A stretch of 64,000 nt of DNA from the human T2T-CHM13v2.0 reference genome, Homo sapiens: assembly GCF_009914755.1 (NCBI RefSeq), contig NC_060934.1, one strand, 5' to 3'. Under the pieces are notes generated by a model. That model was not told the DNA's origin and did no database searches. It was given only the letters and a program-made list of their open reading frames with translations. Both the position numbers and the translations under genes were made by a program. Shown piece after piece: positions 29,500-43,639 of this stretch (position 1 is the first letter of the stretch; every line of letters begins with the position of its first letter).

Positions 29500-32080
29500 T
29501 AAAAAGACACCATTTTGAAAATGAAAAGACAAAGGAAAGGATGAGATAAGATGACCTTCCACTTTAAGGCACTGGAAAAAAATAGCAAACTAAACCTAAA
29601 GCAAGCAGAAGGAAGAAAATAAAAATTAGAGAAATTAATAATTTATAATATTAATCATATTTGTTGGTATTGACTAATTGATATTAATTCCTGACTAACT
29701 TTTTTTAAAAAGAGAAATATTCACTTCCCAATTTATTCTGTGGGGCCAGTGTTACCTTGATATGAAATTTAGTCCAAATAGCATAGAAAAATAAAACTAC
29801 TATTAGTATAAATGCAAAATTCCTTAAAAAATACTAACAAGTCAAATGTAACAACATATAAAATAATTATACACTATGACAAAGTGAAATTTATACTAGT
29901 CATCCCAGGTTGGTTTAACAGCCCAAAACCCATTAAGGTAATACATCTTATCCATAGAATAAGAAACAAGAATTGCGTGATCATATCGATAGATTCAGAA
30001 AAGACATTTAAGAAAATCCAAATGCTTTAATGATTACAAATAAAAATAAAAACTCAATGAACCAGGAATAGAGAACTTTCTACACCAGATACATGGCACC
30101 TGTGAAAAGCCAACAGCAAACATTCAACTTAGTGGTGAAAGAAAGGATACTTTCCCACAATGGTCGGAGATAAGAATAAGATATACACTTTGACCTCTTC
30201 TAGTCAACACTGTACTAAAGATTTTATGCACGGCAAATCGGCAAGTAAAGAAATAAGAGTCACCCATATTGAACAGGAAGAAATAAAACTTTATTTGCAA
30301 ATAACATTCTTGTATATAGAAAATTTTAAGGCATCCACTGAACAATAGAACTAGTAAATTATTTCAGCAATATTACAGCATACAAGATAAATATACAAAA
30401 ATCAATTGCAGACATCTACAATGAAAACCCCAAAATGAAATTAAGAAAACATTTCAATTTGCAACAGCATCAAAAAAATAATAATTAATTTGGAAAATGT
30501 GATACAAGATTTTACTCTGAAAATTAAAAATTATTGTTTAAAGAAGATCTAAATAATTAGCAAACATCTTACAGCCATGAATTGGAAGATTTAATATTAT
30601 AGTACTTTACAATTTGAACTACAGATTTGATGAAATCCCTACAAGTATCCCAACAGACTTCTGTCTAGAAACTGACAAGGTGATTCTAAAATACACAGGG
30701 AATTGTAAGGGACTCAAAATAGCCAAAATAGTCTTGAAAAAAGAAAACATATTAGTATAATTCACACCTCCGTGCTCCAAACCTTACGAAAAAGCATCAG
30801 TAATCAAGACAACACAATACTGATGAAGGAAAAAATATAGATTGATGGAAGAGAATTGAGAGTCCATATATAAAACTATGTATCTATAGTCAATGGATTC
30901 TTACAGTGGTGCCATTTGCAATTCAATGAGGAAGAGACAGTCTTTGAACAAACTGGGTCAACAACGTACACGTGGATCACCACTTGCAAAATAATAAATT
31001 GGAACCCTTACGCCAAAGCATACAAAAATATTAACTCAAATGAATTAAAGACATACATGCAAGAGCTAGAATAAAGCATATGGGAAAATCTTCAGGATTT
31101 TGGATCTAGCAAAGAAATAGCTGTAACACCAAAAACATGAGCAACAAAATAAAAATTAGATATTTAAAATTTCTTAAAAGTTAAAGACATTGGTGTTTCA
31201 AAGGACAACCAAGCAAGTCAAAAGGCAGCCCAAAAACTGTGAGAAGATATTTGAAAAACACATATCTATATGTCTGTGTATATATGTATCTTGAATACAG
31301 AAAAACTGTTTTAACTCAGTAACAAATATCCCAACTCAAAACTGATAAATGATAGGAATAGATGTGTTTCCCAAGAAGATACACGAACGGTCAATAATCC
31401 CATATAAACGTACTCAATAGCATCACTCATCAGGCAACTACAAATCAAAACCACAGTTAGACACTCTATGGTTAGAATTGGCCACTTTGGAAAATACTTT
31501 GATGGCTTCTAAATATATTAAACATAGAATTGTCATATGACCTAGAAATTTATTCCTAGGTATACACCCAGATTATTGGAAAGAGGTGTTCAAACACAAA
31601 TTGCACACAAGTATTTTTAGCAGCAGTATTTAAAATAGCCAAAAACTGAACATAACTCAAATGTCAATAAAAATATTATTGGATAAACAAAATGTTCTAT
31701 CCGTGAAATTGAATATTATACAGTTATAAAAAGAAATAAAGTACCAATACGTATATGAACCTTGATAGCATTATGCCAACTGAAAGAAGCCAGGCACAAA
31801 AGGCCACCTATTGTATGACTCTATTTAGATGAAAATAGAATAGGAAAATCTATAGAGACAGAAAACAGATTTGTGGTTGCTTAGAATTGAGGAGGGGATG
31901 GATGCATAGGAGGTTAACAGCTAAAGAAGGTGGGGTTACTTTTTGAAGTGATGAAAATGCTCTAAAATTCATTGTGATGATGGCTCCACTTATCTGTGCA
32001 TATACGAAAAGCCATTGACTTGTAGACATTAATGTGTGCACTCTACACTATGTAAATTATATCTCAATAAATCCTTTCAA
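29500..32080 (+). mobile_element. L1M (L1MB-like) ORF2 remnant to 3' end
   Basis: Degenerate RT region (ORF 29812-30030: IIHYDKVKFILVIPGWFN...IISIDSEKTFKKIQ); 3' UTR ending 'tgtaaattatatctcaataaa'. Confidence 0.8.
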
Positions 32081-34140
32081 AAATACACAGAAGTGTAAGG
32101 GGTTTTGGAGTGTTGCAACTGGGAGGCAGTTTGAAATACTGAATAGACCTCATTGAGAGTGTGAGGTTTCAGTAAAGACTTGAGGAAGTTGAATGAGCTG
32201 ATCAATGGATATATGGAGGGTTATCTTTCCAAGCCAAGAAATTAACTAGTCTTCGTCATAAAACAGCAGCATGTTGGCATGTCCAGAGGACAGTGAGGTG
32301 GCTAGGAACACTGGTAAGATCAAGGGTGAAGATATAAAAGAATTTGGGCGGTTAACATGCGGCAGATCATGATGGGCTTGCAGACCATTGTAAGAATTGT
32401 GGCTTTTAGTGTAAATGAAATGGGGAGACAAATCATTACCCCATTATCAATATTTTAATAAATTGGGTCCATGAACCAAATACAATGAGATTAAATCAGT
32501 TAGAAATAATATGCAAATTTGTATTAAAATCACAAGAATTACTTGCACATTTGAGAACAGGAGAGTCATGACTGTTTATCAGCAATAATAAACATTATTA
32601 ATTTTAATTGTGATCAGCTAATTGAGATTAATTGCAATACATCATGCTTTACAATGTGACTGTCCAAAGGAAAATATGATTGTAATCTTATACTACATCT
32701 ATCAATGTCTTTAATTCATAGGACTATAGAGTAAGCCCCTAGTTTTCAAAGCCAACTTATGAGGCAGTGACATCTTACACAAGTTTGCTGCTTTCTGCCA
32801 CAGTGGTCCTTGGTCAGCTGGCACAAATTGTTTTACAAATGCCACTAGGTCTAAAAACAGTTTGGATCACAATGAACACAGAAACACCCTCTTCCCTTCA
32901 GAAATACCCATGAATTACTTCCAATACAGAATGAAAAATTGACAAAAGAAATATGTTGATTGTAAAAATGCCAGTTAGCTTGCATCTACATGAAAGAAAA
33001 ATGCCAATTTTATTACTTTAGATCATTGTTTTACATCAGTTTTGGTATAGCACAATGTTGAACCAAGGGCAAAGAGAGATGAATTAATGAAGTCTTAAGA
33101 TATCAAGAATTTAAAAGAAAAGGAAGGTCATATTTGAAGGTTAGTGACATAGCATTCATCTTCTGTGGTCACTTTTTCCGTCATTCCCTGTATGCCTGAT
33201 GGACAGCTTTCACTCAAGTTCAGAGAACAGCATGCAAAGATTAGCTACCAATTAATCTGTATGAAGTGAGCTTAATTTCTAGCCAGACTGAGCTTACGTT
33301 TTAGCAGGAAGCATTTTTGGGAAGTGTTTATGTTAGAGTTTGCCCTTCTTGACAAGGTGAGACATAAATGTCTACTTTGTAGACATGAATTAAGATGGGA
33401 AGATATTTGGGGGAAACATTTACTCAAACGCTAAATAATAAAGGCACACAAAGGGCAAATTATACTAGATTTTTTCCCGCTTGTTTTCTACGTCTCATGC
33501 AATTCACCTTGATTCCCTTCAGTTTCTGTTTAATGTAGAAAGTGGCATTTTCATTACTTTAAGCTTCTAGCACAATGAAAGAATTTCTCTCTTTCATGAA
33601 CTGCATCATAAACGAAAGGGAGGAAGAGTGTCCTATATCAATCATATTTATTGTTCAACAAAACACTGCTCCACGGCTTAAATTCAGTTTAAAAAAGAGA
33701 GTTTATTGAATATCTAACACATACATAAAAGGTAGTAAAGACAAATGAGAAGGGGGCAGGTTATTGAAGTATACAGACTTTAATGCTGAGTTTTGTATCT
33801 TAGGAAGTTACTCCACCTTACAGAGGCTCAATTTCCCCTGATTTAGGAAGGCGATGCTAATGGGTATTGCCTTGGTGTATGTATAAAAATGTTGTATTTA
33901 AGAGAATCCCACAAGCTTGGTATAAGGCAGAAAATAAATAGATATGACATGAATAAGTAGTTTATTACATTTGTATGCTACCTGCAGACTAGAGGAAGCA
34001 AGAAACACAGCCACTATGCTTGATTAGCATTATATTCTAATTTGGAATATAAATAGAAAAGAGAAAAATAGAAAGCTGTGTATAAACACGTGCATTAAAA
34101 TTAATTTTATGTGGACTCTTTCATGAAAATGTTCCTAAGG

Positions 34141-34800
34141 TATTTTATTTTTTATTGTGGTAAAATAAACATAACATAAAATGTACTCTGTTAACCATTT
34201 TAAGTGCACAGTTCAGTGGTACTAAATACAGTCATAACATTCTGCAGCCATCCCTACCATCCATCTCCATAACTCGTTTCATCTTGTGAAACTGAAACTC
34301 TATACCCATTAAACAATACTTCCCCATGTCTTCCTCCCCCCAGCTTCTGGCAACCATCATTGTACTATCTCTGTGATTCTGTCCACTTTAAGTTCCTTAT
34401 ACAAATGGAATTATACTGTATTTGTCCTTCACTGACTAACTTATTTCACTTGGCATAATATCCTCAAGTTTCATCCAAGTTGCAACATATGTCAGAATAT
34501 TTCCCTCATGTTTAAGGCTGAATAATATTCCACTGTATTCATATATCATATTGTGCTTATCCATTCATCTGTTGTTGGACACTTCAATTGCTTCTACGTT
34601 TTAGCTATTGCCAATAACGCTGCTGCAAACATGGATGTGCAAATATTTTTTCAAGACTCTGCTTTCAATTCTTTTGCTATCCTGAGATGTGGCGCTGCTG
34701 AATCATATGGCAATACCATTTTGATGTTTTGAGGAACTACCATACTCTTTTCCGCAGCAAACATAGCGTTTGGCATTCCCTCCAATACTGCAAAACGAAT
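34141..34800 (-). mobile_element. L1MB 3' end
   Basis: 'ttttattgtggtaaaata...aaccattttaagtgcacagttcagtgg...aactgaaactctatacccattaaacaat'. Confidence 0.8.
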
Positions 34801-37800
34801 GGCCACATCCTTGGCTGTGGATTTTATTCACAAGTCCTGTGGCTCTCTCTACATCCTGGCCACCATGTGTTATTTCCTGTTTATGTATATGACATCAAAG
34901 ATGCAGGAAGTAATGAACTAAATTGGAAGGATAAACGTAGAAAAATAGAGGTAAATACTGACTACATAAAACCATAAGAATAAGAATTTTGGATGATCTA
35001 TCTATTATATATCTATTTATCTAACATCTATCTGTTCCTCCATCTGTAATTAAAATATATTACAGTTAGAGAACAGAGGAAAAAGGAGGAAGACATGTAT
35101 TTAAATTTTAATTCTTCTTAAATTGTCTCACAGCATCATTATAGGAAAGAAAATTTATAGGTCAATATCTGTTAACTATAAATGTAACATTCTTAAAGAA
35201 TTCAAATATATTGATTTACAGCATGAATAATATATTACAATCCATTCAAGTTTATTTTATTCCAGGAATACAAAGCTACAAATTTCATTTGCAATTCAAG
35301 AAAAACAGAAATTGATACATATGATTGATGTATATACACACTTAATGTATTTTTAAATATACATTTTTTTAAATAGAAATTTTTCTAGGACAAATACTTA
35401 AAATATCACTGAAAAAAGCGTTATTAGCTAATACCTCCCTAATAACTCTGGTATTACATAAGAAACCAAAATTAAAATTTCAGGTAAACTCAGAAACTAA
35501 AAATTTTAAAAATATTATTCTGTTCTCCATATGTTCATAATTAATATTATTTCTTGTTTTCATTCGTCTTCAGTGTTGCTCTACTAAAATATAACATACA
35601 ATACTAACTTTTGGTTTCTGTTCTTATTACTCAGAATTGTATACATTTTCTCATGCTCTTAATTTAGTTATGCTACTTTTCTGTACTCTTGGAATTTTCA
35701 CATTTGTGTTCACTCTCTTTTGAGTTCCCATAGTATCAAATGAGCTTTTTTCCCTCTTTCTGATTTGAAGATTCATCTTCTCATAATTATTTTGTCCACT
35801 CAGTTTCTTTTCATTCTCAGTTAAGTGCCTCTCATCTGGCTTCTTTTCATTTATAAGGTTTCCTTTCATCTTAAGCCAGTCTTTCATTTATATTTTGATT
35901 CTGTTTTGTGAAGGACATGCTTCCCTGAATTTTATGGAAGAGGCCAAAAGGTTTGTTCAAGTTTTTACCTGATACATTGGATTAAATTATCTAATGTACA
36001 CACTCTTAATTTAAGTCTAGGGGTGACTGTCTACTCTTGATTTGTATAGTATTATTTTTCTTAACATCCAAGTCCATCTTCATCTATTTGTATAAGATCA
36101 ATGAAAATATATTTGCCCAGAACCCTGTTTTTGCGGAGTTACTTCTTTCTAAGTAGTAGAGGTAGCAGTTGAGACATGAGCTGGGTTCTGAGTCAGTTTA
36201 GAGGGCTGGGTGACATTCCTCCTTTTGGTCTGTATGACTGAATGAATGCAGTTCTTGCTGTCTCGCTCCTCTCCTTAACACACTGAGCCTTTGCAGCAGA
36301 TGAGAAGGAATAATCTTGATCTGCCATTCAGGTGGAACACATGTTCTCTCCAACCACACCCATAGGTTGTACTCACACTCGGCCAGAAGGTATCCTGTCA
36401 ATGATATGGAGATGTATCTATCTATCTAGATAGATATCTACTTTGGTTTATGCTCTCTGGTTTCCCGTAAATTATCTCCTTAAAGTGAATATCAAAAGAG
36501 AGCTTGGTGATGGCAGTGTTATAAAATCTTCAAAATGCAGCACCCACACCCAGAGGAATTTGTAGATTCTGGGATTCTAATTCAGATACCAAACTATATA
36601 AAAGGGGAATTGGTAATTGAGGGTTGCTAGGCTCTTTGTTGAGCATATTTGCTCTTTTCGTGACATTGAAATTATTTTAAAAATCTAACCTTTTTCTCGG
36701 TGTGCTGCAAGATGATTTTATTTTAATGCATAAGCACTAATTCTCCCCTAAGATTTGTACAATATATTTCCTCTGACAAGCCATAGCCAGTAACTCACTT
36801 CACAGCAATTTATAGCATTTCCACGATAAGTTGAATTATTTTTAACTAGACTCTCTTTGCCTTAATACAAATATGAAGAAGCAATCTACTTGTTCTAATT
36901 AGGTTCAAAAGTTGGCAGTCTCTCTCCTGGAAAGAATAATAAAACTTTTCAACAGCCTAATATGCATCTATAGACACACACACACGCAAGCACTATTCAT
37001 AAAACTTAAAGCACATTCTGTTCTATGACTTCATTTGTCTCGCACAAAATAAAACGATCTCAGTATATGTCAAGTACCAATTTTTTATATGGCCAATTAT
37101 AGATATTTTATTTTTTAAAAATTAGGGTGTTCTTGAAGCTCTTTCTATTTCTTTGTCAATGAACTAAACATTGGCAAATATGTAGGGTTGCCCACGTAAG
37201 AACATTATTAACATCAAAATAGAAAGCTGGTGGTAGAAATAATGATTGGGAACACAGAGTCTCTTCTCAACTTTCTAGTTCTGTCATACCATAACTTTGT
37301 GATCTCAGGAAATATCTCTCCATGTTGTCATCTCTATGTATAGTTTTGTCATTTTTCAATACGAGCTTTTTGCTTAATTATGAAGTACTAGTTACTATAA
37401 CCATTATTTTGAGCTTCATGTAAATCAAGAACACATGGACTCCACTTGCAAAACATTGAAAGTGTAGTTAGGGATTGGGGGCATAAAGCAACATTTTAAA
37501 ATGTGTAAAGACAATGAGTAAGCAACAAAGTGTCCAATTTTTTATGGGAAAGTTGCTTACATCAGGAAAAGACAGGATTAAGTAACAGAGAATTTGAATG
37601 ATAACTGGCCAATTGGTGTCATTTACAATTGCAAGTCATACAAATGAAGTTTGCTTTTTTAAAGAGAAAAGGAGTTATTTAGAATGGGTCAACCTATTGG
37701 GGAAGCAATGTAGTTAGAGACAATGCCCAAAACCATGTGAGCAAATACTCTGTAGAGCGCACCCCTGCAATGCTGCCATTGTGAGGCCAATTCTCTCCTT

Positions 37801-38750
37801 GTCTTGCTACTGAGCCCTCCATTCTGCCTCCATCATTGTCACTGTAGCTGCCACAAAATGATCCCTCAACCACCGCTGCCCAGGAACAAAGAAAGAATTC
37901 TGTCCTTCCGCGCTCTCAGATCAATTTCCAACAGCAGGTGAGCCTTTGATGGGCACTGTTCAGTTCCCATATCCCTGAAATAGACGCAGTAAAAACATAG
38001 AAATTGCCTATGTGTTTCCCAGTAAGACACATATGGAAGCCTGTTTTCCCACAACAGGAAGGGGTTTGCATGATGGGTGTTCAAAGGAACAATAGTCCCT
38101 GTAAACCATACTTTGCCCATATGAAGAAAAGCAATAAGGATTATTTAATAAATAGACATGGAAGCTCATCCAGGGTTGGTTGATGAGAAGCTGGTTAGCA
38201 AGGGGTCTGCCTTCAGTTAGGACAAGGTCTGTGCTTCCCATGGGTTCTCTCCACAGCAGGAGGGAGGAAAACTTCCCTTTCCTCCCCTGCACCTACCCTC
38301 AAATGGCCCAGAGGTCTTCAGGTGCTAGAATTTCTCAATTAATGCTACACAAAATAACAGACAGCCTTGACTGTCACAGTCTGTTCTCATGAAGCTAGTC
38401 TCTGCTCACTACATAAAATAGGAGAGTAAGAACAAGGGTGTTTAAAGCTACCCTAGCTCAAACGTGTTTCTCTCCGTAGGATGCCAAGAACCTGGGAACC
38501 AGTGCATCTGCTGCTTTCCCTTCTCGGATTCTACCACAGACAAAAGAGGCAAGGGGCATTTCTTCAGAGGCCTTGAGCTTCACTACACAATGACCGAGGC
38601 TCTACATGCACCCTCTTTATATATTTCTACCTTGAAAAAAATTTTTATATAATATTAATAATATATATTTTTATATAATAAACACATATGTTTATTTTAT
38701 AGATAGATATAGATATACATAGATAAAGATCTCTAGTCAGCCTTTTTTAA

Positions 38751-39050
38751 GGCTGGGCTGATCAAGGTGCCTCAAAAGTATAATCCCAGCACTTTGAGAG
38801 GCCAACTTGGCCAGATCTCTTGAGTCCAGGAGTTGGAGATCAGCCAGGGCAACATGGTGAAACTCCATCTTTACAAAAATTAGCTAGTATGGTGTCATGC
38901 ACTGCAGTCTCTGCTACTCAGGAGGCTGAGGTGGGAGAATCGCTTGAGCACAGTATGTGAAGGCTTCAGTGAGCTCTGATCACATGACTGCACTCCATCT
39001 TGGGTGACAAAGTGAGACCCTCTCTCAAATAAAATAAAATAAAATAAAAA
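38751..39050 (+). mobile_element. AluJ-like
   Basis: Diverged dimeric Alu with (AAAAT)n tail. Confidence 0.85.
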
Positions 39051-40067
39051 GGCTATCACCATACTCACAGATAAGTGTGTCAGGTATATTTGCTGCTATC
39101 TTTCCTATATTCCATTTGGTAAAAAAAAAATTGCAAAGAACTCCTCTCATTCTAGATTTTTGTATTAATTAGACATTTGAAGTTTATAGCAGAAGAGCTA
39201 TAATCATGTTTTGTGTGTGTACTCTATAGACCAGATAGTGCAAACAGGTATCAATGCTTTTTAAAAGTATATAAGGTTATTAGAAATATTTTAAACTACC
39301 TATAGGTATATATGTATGTAATTGAACTATCAAATGCAAGTAAGATCATTTCCTTAGCGTGTGAAATCCACTCAATTTATTAAAATATTTTCTAATATCT
39401 ATTACAATAATATTTCTTAATTAGCTAACATAAGAGAAGTTTTAAGACATTTATTTATATGTACTTACTAGATTCAAACTTGATTCCACTATTTTCAGAA
39501 ATCATACTCTGAGACAAGTCCTTTTTTTAATCTAACTATGTTTCTGCCTATATTAAAAGACAGATATGTCAATTTTGCTAATCGTGCTTTTCCAAACCTC
39601 TCCTTCCTGATTATTTTTTGGTTTGTTCCACCAGTCACTCAGAGACTTACTTATATTCAAATTTCTCTCTAGGTTTAACATTTGTGTATGTCTTCTTGGT
39701 TTTGTCTATTTTTGCTGTATATATTTTATTGACATATATCATACATGCAGAAAAGTACAATGATTAAATATGGATAGCTTGATTAATGAAACACATGTAT
39801 TTGCTTATAACCATGTATGAAAATAGAACATTATTAAAAATAGTGATACTTCTCCTGCCCCTTTCCAAACACTAACCCTCATCCTCAATAGTAACAGATT
39901 TTTTTATCATACAGTAATTTGGTCTATTTTCAAATTTTTATTAAATAAATCACAGTATCTAAGTCTATGTTTCTTTCATTGTTGTTATTTTGCTTATAGT
40001 ATTTATCTGCTAATGGACATGGTAGATTAAAGACGGCTACATACACATTTTTTAATTAATAGATTTT

Positions 40068-40205
40068 TTGAGCACTTTGTGGCTCATGTCTCTAATCCCA
40101 TCACTTTTGGAGGCTGACGTGCGTGGATCATGAGGTCAGGAGATCGAGACCATCCTGGCCAACGTGGTAAAACCCCTTCTCTACTAAAATACAAAAAATT
40201 AGCTG
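40068..40205 (+). mobile_element. Alu left arm (AluSc/Y-like), truncated after the A-rich linker
   Basis: 'ggatcatgaggtcaggagatcgagaccatcctggccaac...ctactaaaatacaaaaaattagctg' followed by non-Alu sequence. Confidence 0.85.
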
Positions 40206-40216
40206 ATAGACTAACA

Positions 40217-40538
40217 TCAAGATAACATCTGGGTTCTTAGCTACACTGAGTGAAGCCTACTTACATCTTTGTCTTCCGCTGCACTTTTGCTTCCACATCA
40301 CACTCCAGGAATGCCAAGCTGTGCTGGCCTTCTACCCCATTTCCACTATTTTGTCCCGGCCGCAGCGGGTTTTTGTGGCTTTTTGCCCCCGCCACCGCTG
40401 CTTTCTGCCCCCGCCACCACGGCTTTTTGTCACCCCCGCCACGGCTTTTTGCCCCCGCGGGTTTTTGCCGCCATGGCTGTTTGCCCCCGCTGCCACGGCT
40501 TGTTGCCCCCGTCGCGGCGACTTTTTGCTCCTCCCACC
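40217..40538 (+). repeat. Leader + short GC-rich (GCCGCGGCTTTTTGCCCC)n cassette, copy 2
   Basis: 40217-40353 is ~90% identical to 12300-12439 and is followed by ~9 degenerate GC/T-run units. Confidence 0.9.
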
Positions 40539-41254
40539 TTAGGTTTTGTCTATTTGTACTATTCATGGGACTGCAGTTCTGGGAACTTAGTACTGGGTAC
40601 CTAGTCAAGGAGGCATAAAAAAGCTTTGGTTATATCTATGCCTTTATCTGAGCTTGAAAGGGGAGAAGAGGTTTGGAATAGGAACATTGGAATATTTTTT
40701 AAAAGTGGCTCGCCTAAGAAGAAAAACAAAAAGGGAGTAATAATGGCATTGTGTAGGACAAAATGACGTGCCCTGGGGCTGTGAAGGAGAGTGTGAGTGT
40801 AGAAGAAAGGGCAGTGCTCAGACAGGCTGGGATTAAAACACTTCTTTGCCCAGGATAAAAAGAGGACCAGAGGTGGGATGGCCTGCAGAGGGCATGTTCT
40901 TCTACAAAGCCAGCACCCTGAGTCCCACCGTGTTCCTCCTGCAGGAGGGGAGGCCAGATTTGCTATTTTTCTGACTCTTCTGCTGTCACACCTGCCAAAT
41001 GCTGCCAGTGGGCACTACCAGAACCTGGACACTCTTGGGCCAGCTGCCAAACAAGTGTGCCAACGGGAGAAAGAAGGAGAGCTCTGTGACGAGCAAGCCC
41101 TGACACTTTGTTAGGCCAACTGGTTTCTTAGGTTGCGTCTTGGTTCCTGGAACCATCTTGTACCTTGTGAATCTCAAAGTGGGATGTGGAATGCCTGCCA
41201 AAGGGAAATGTCAAGTGTGCTGGTCAAGAAAAAGGATTTTATAACTTTTTGGGC

Positions 41255-41395
41255 TTTTGATTTTTTAATTTTTTTTTAAATATGTGGTCTTTCACTATGT
41301 TGCCCAGGCCGTCCTTAACTCCTAGGCTCAAGTGATCCTCCTGCCTTGACTTCCCAAAGTGCTGGGATTACAGGCATGAGCAACCTCATCTAGGC
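41255..41395 (-). mobile_element. FLAM/Alu monomer
   Basis: Antisense left monomer with 'tataactttt' on both sides. Confidence 0.75.
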
Positions 41396-42043
41396 TATAA
41401 CTTTTTAAAATTGTGGGAATGTTGCCTTTACTTCAAAAAGGGGGAACAAGAAGAGAAAAGGGAAGAAAGGGATAGAGAAAAGTAATACTTTATTTTAGCA
41501 CAGAGGTAGGAGAGGCTAAACCATGAAATTACACCTAGTGTTGGGATGTCCTGGGGAAAGGGGTGGAGGCAAGTGACTCTGTCTTGCTGATTTCAGTCTC
41601 CCCTGATGTCACTGAGGGACTTGGACTATGAGCAGAATTGGGGCAGGAGGGGCTCCAGAGAAGCCCTCCTCAAGCATGGGGGCTTCCAGCCTAACTTACA
41701 GTTCCAGGGTTGTTTGTGGTTGTTTTTAAATATCATGGACCAGCAAAATTAAAGAAAAATAACCTGAAGACAATACTGAATCACCCACTTTTTATTTTGC
41801 CAGGGAGAGAATCCCAGAGCTTCAATTATAACATTATCAACACAGTATCATTTTAACATCTCTCACCTCCATTGAAAAAACACACAACTGCATGATAAAA
41901 AGAGTCTAAGAAAGTTCAGCTGACCTCCAGACTGATTATTTGGAAAGATTATATATAGCCACTATAGATAAATACTGATACTTACAAATACACATCCATA
42001 AGTGCTTATGTGTGCATACAAATGATTGTGTGTGTATATACTA

Positions 42044-42738
42044 TGAAAGGAAAATAAATCTTGGGACCCCAAACTCTCTAAGGCAAAGGGGAAAGTTAAG
42101 CTGGGAACTGGGTCATGCAAACCTGCCCCCCAGTTTTGTTCCTAAATAAGACAGTTACAGAGATGAAAGGGTATATACCTCCCTCACAATTTTCCCACAA
42201 GGGAATTCCTGGTTGGCCCCACAATCTTTACCCTAAAGCAGTTCTGTTGAATTTCACTCTGACCGTGTAAATTCATTGCTGATCTTCTCAGGTATGGGAC
42301 AAAGGACAGAACTGAAAAGTCATCTCTCCACTCACCTGAGACAAATGCCTATCTTACTGCCTCCTCTACCCTCTGTTTATTTAAGGTTATGTAATAATGC
42401 AGATTCACTGAGGACAAGTTGAATGCGTAAGTGACTATTCTCTACCCCCTGTCACATGTAAAATGTAGATTCAGAGAATGCTGATCCAAGACTAAAAAGA
42501 TGCAACCTCTTGCCACTTTTATCTACCACCCTTTAAAAAGATTTTCCTCCTTCCTCTTTCCCCCAATACCTGCTTTTTTCCCTTTAAATATTGAGGTCCT
42601 CAGATTCTCTTTGGAAAAAAGCACAGACCACAGATTTTTCCTATGATTTTGTGTTCTTTTGTCCTAGGCATGTCCTTAACCTTGGCAAATAAACCTCTTA
42701 AAATACTTGTGACTTGTCTCTGTCATCTTTGATTTACA
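42044..42738 (+). mobile_element. ERV1 (MER4-group) solo LTR
   Basis: Starts TG ('tgaaaggaaaataaatcttgggaccccaaact'), contains 'ccttaaccttggcaaataaacctc', ends CA. Confidence 0.75.
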
Positions 42739-43333
42739 ACACACATACACTGAGACGTATGAATAGGTTTAAAATATAAATACAAAAAAATAGCATCCAT
42801 TTATTGACGGTATTATATTGCAGGTGATTTTTTAGAAGTGGGTCAATTAGAGGTTCATGTTGAACAGTGCAACATGACGTATAGCTCAAATATCTACTTG
42901 TAGACATTTTTCTGACCACATTTTAAATATAAGCTTATGCATAAGCCTCCTGATGAAAATGGAAGCACTATGGTTAGCTGATGCCATGAAAGTGGTGGAG
43001 GCAGCCCGGCAGAGCTGGCTACAACTTCAGGAAAGGGGGTGCTGAAGGACACACTCTGCTTTCAGAGCCCTGCGGGGCTGCATCTGAAGAGTGGTTGCCC
43101 AGAGCAAGCATCTGAGAAGGCTGCTGCACACAGCAAAGCTTGGTCATGAGCCAGCTCTGCTTCTGGACCTGGAGTTTATGAACCAGTCACCAATAGAGCT
43201 GGAATGAGAAGATTGAGAAGTGTTGCAGAAAGTTCCAAGGTCTTCTGAGCCTTTGAGACATGATAATATGAAGAGGCAGAAGCCAACGTATCATAAGAAA
43301 AAAATAAATATACTTAGCATCAACCTCGGTGAC

Positions 43334-43508
43334 CAGTGGGAGTTCTCGTCTCTAGCATCCATTAGAATCACCTGGGGAGCTTAACATCTAAAAGCAGGTC
43401 CCACTCCCAGAGGTTGGGATTTAATTGATTTGAGGTGGGGCCTGGGTAGCAACATTTTCTTTAAAGCTCTCCAAGTGATTCTAACATGCAGCTAACTTGA
43501 AAACCACT
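43334..43508. mobile_element. MER5A-like hAT element
   Basis: 'cattagaatcacctggggagc...tggggcctggg...ctccaagtgattctaacatgcagc...gaaaaccact'. Confidence 0.75.
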
Positions 43509-43639
43509 ACTTCAAAGACAGAAAAGGATGCAGGAAAAATTCCCTCTCATCAGAGGTTGTGAAACTGATTCCCAAATTCTTAAAATTCCCTCTCATCAGA
43601 GATCTGCTAACTATTTGCAGTAGGACAAAACATTCTACT

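Noticed and set aside
38460-38620. Acceptor-like 'tttctctccgtag' suggesting an exon
   Set aside because: No recognisable protein match or paired donor; a lncRNA exon cannot be supported from sequence alone.
43536-43601. 20-bp direct repeat AAAATTCCCTCTCATCAGAG with a 26-nt spacer
   Set aside because: Only two copies; consistent with a local duplication or repair event rather than an array.
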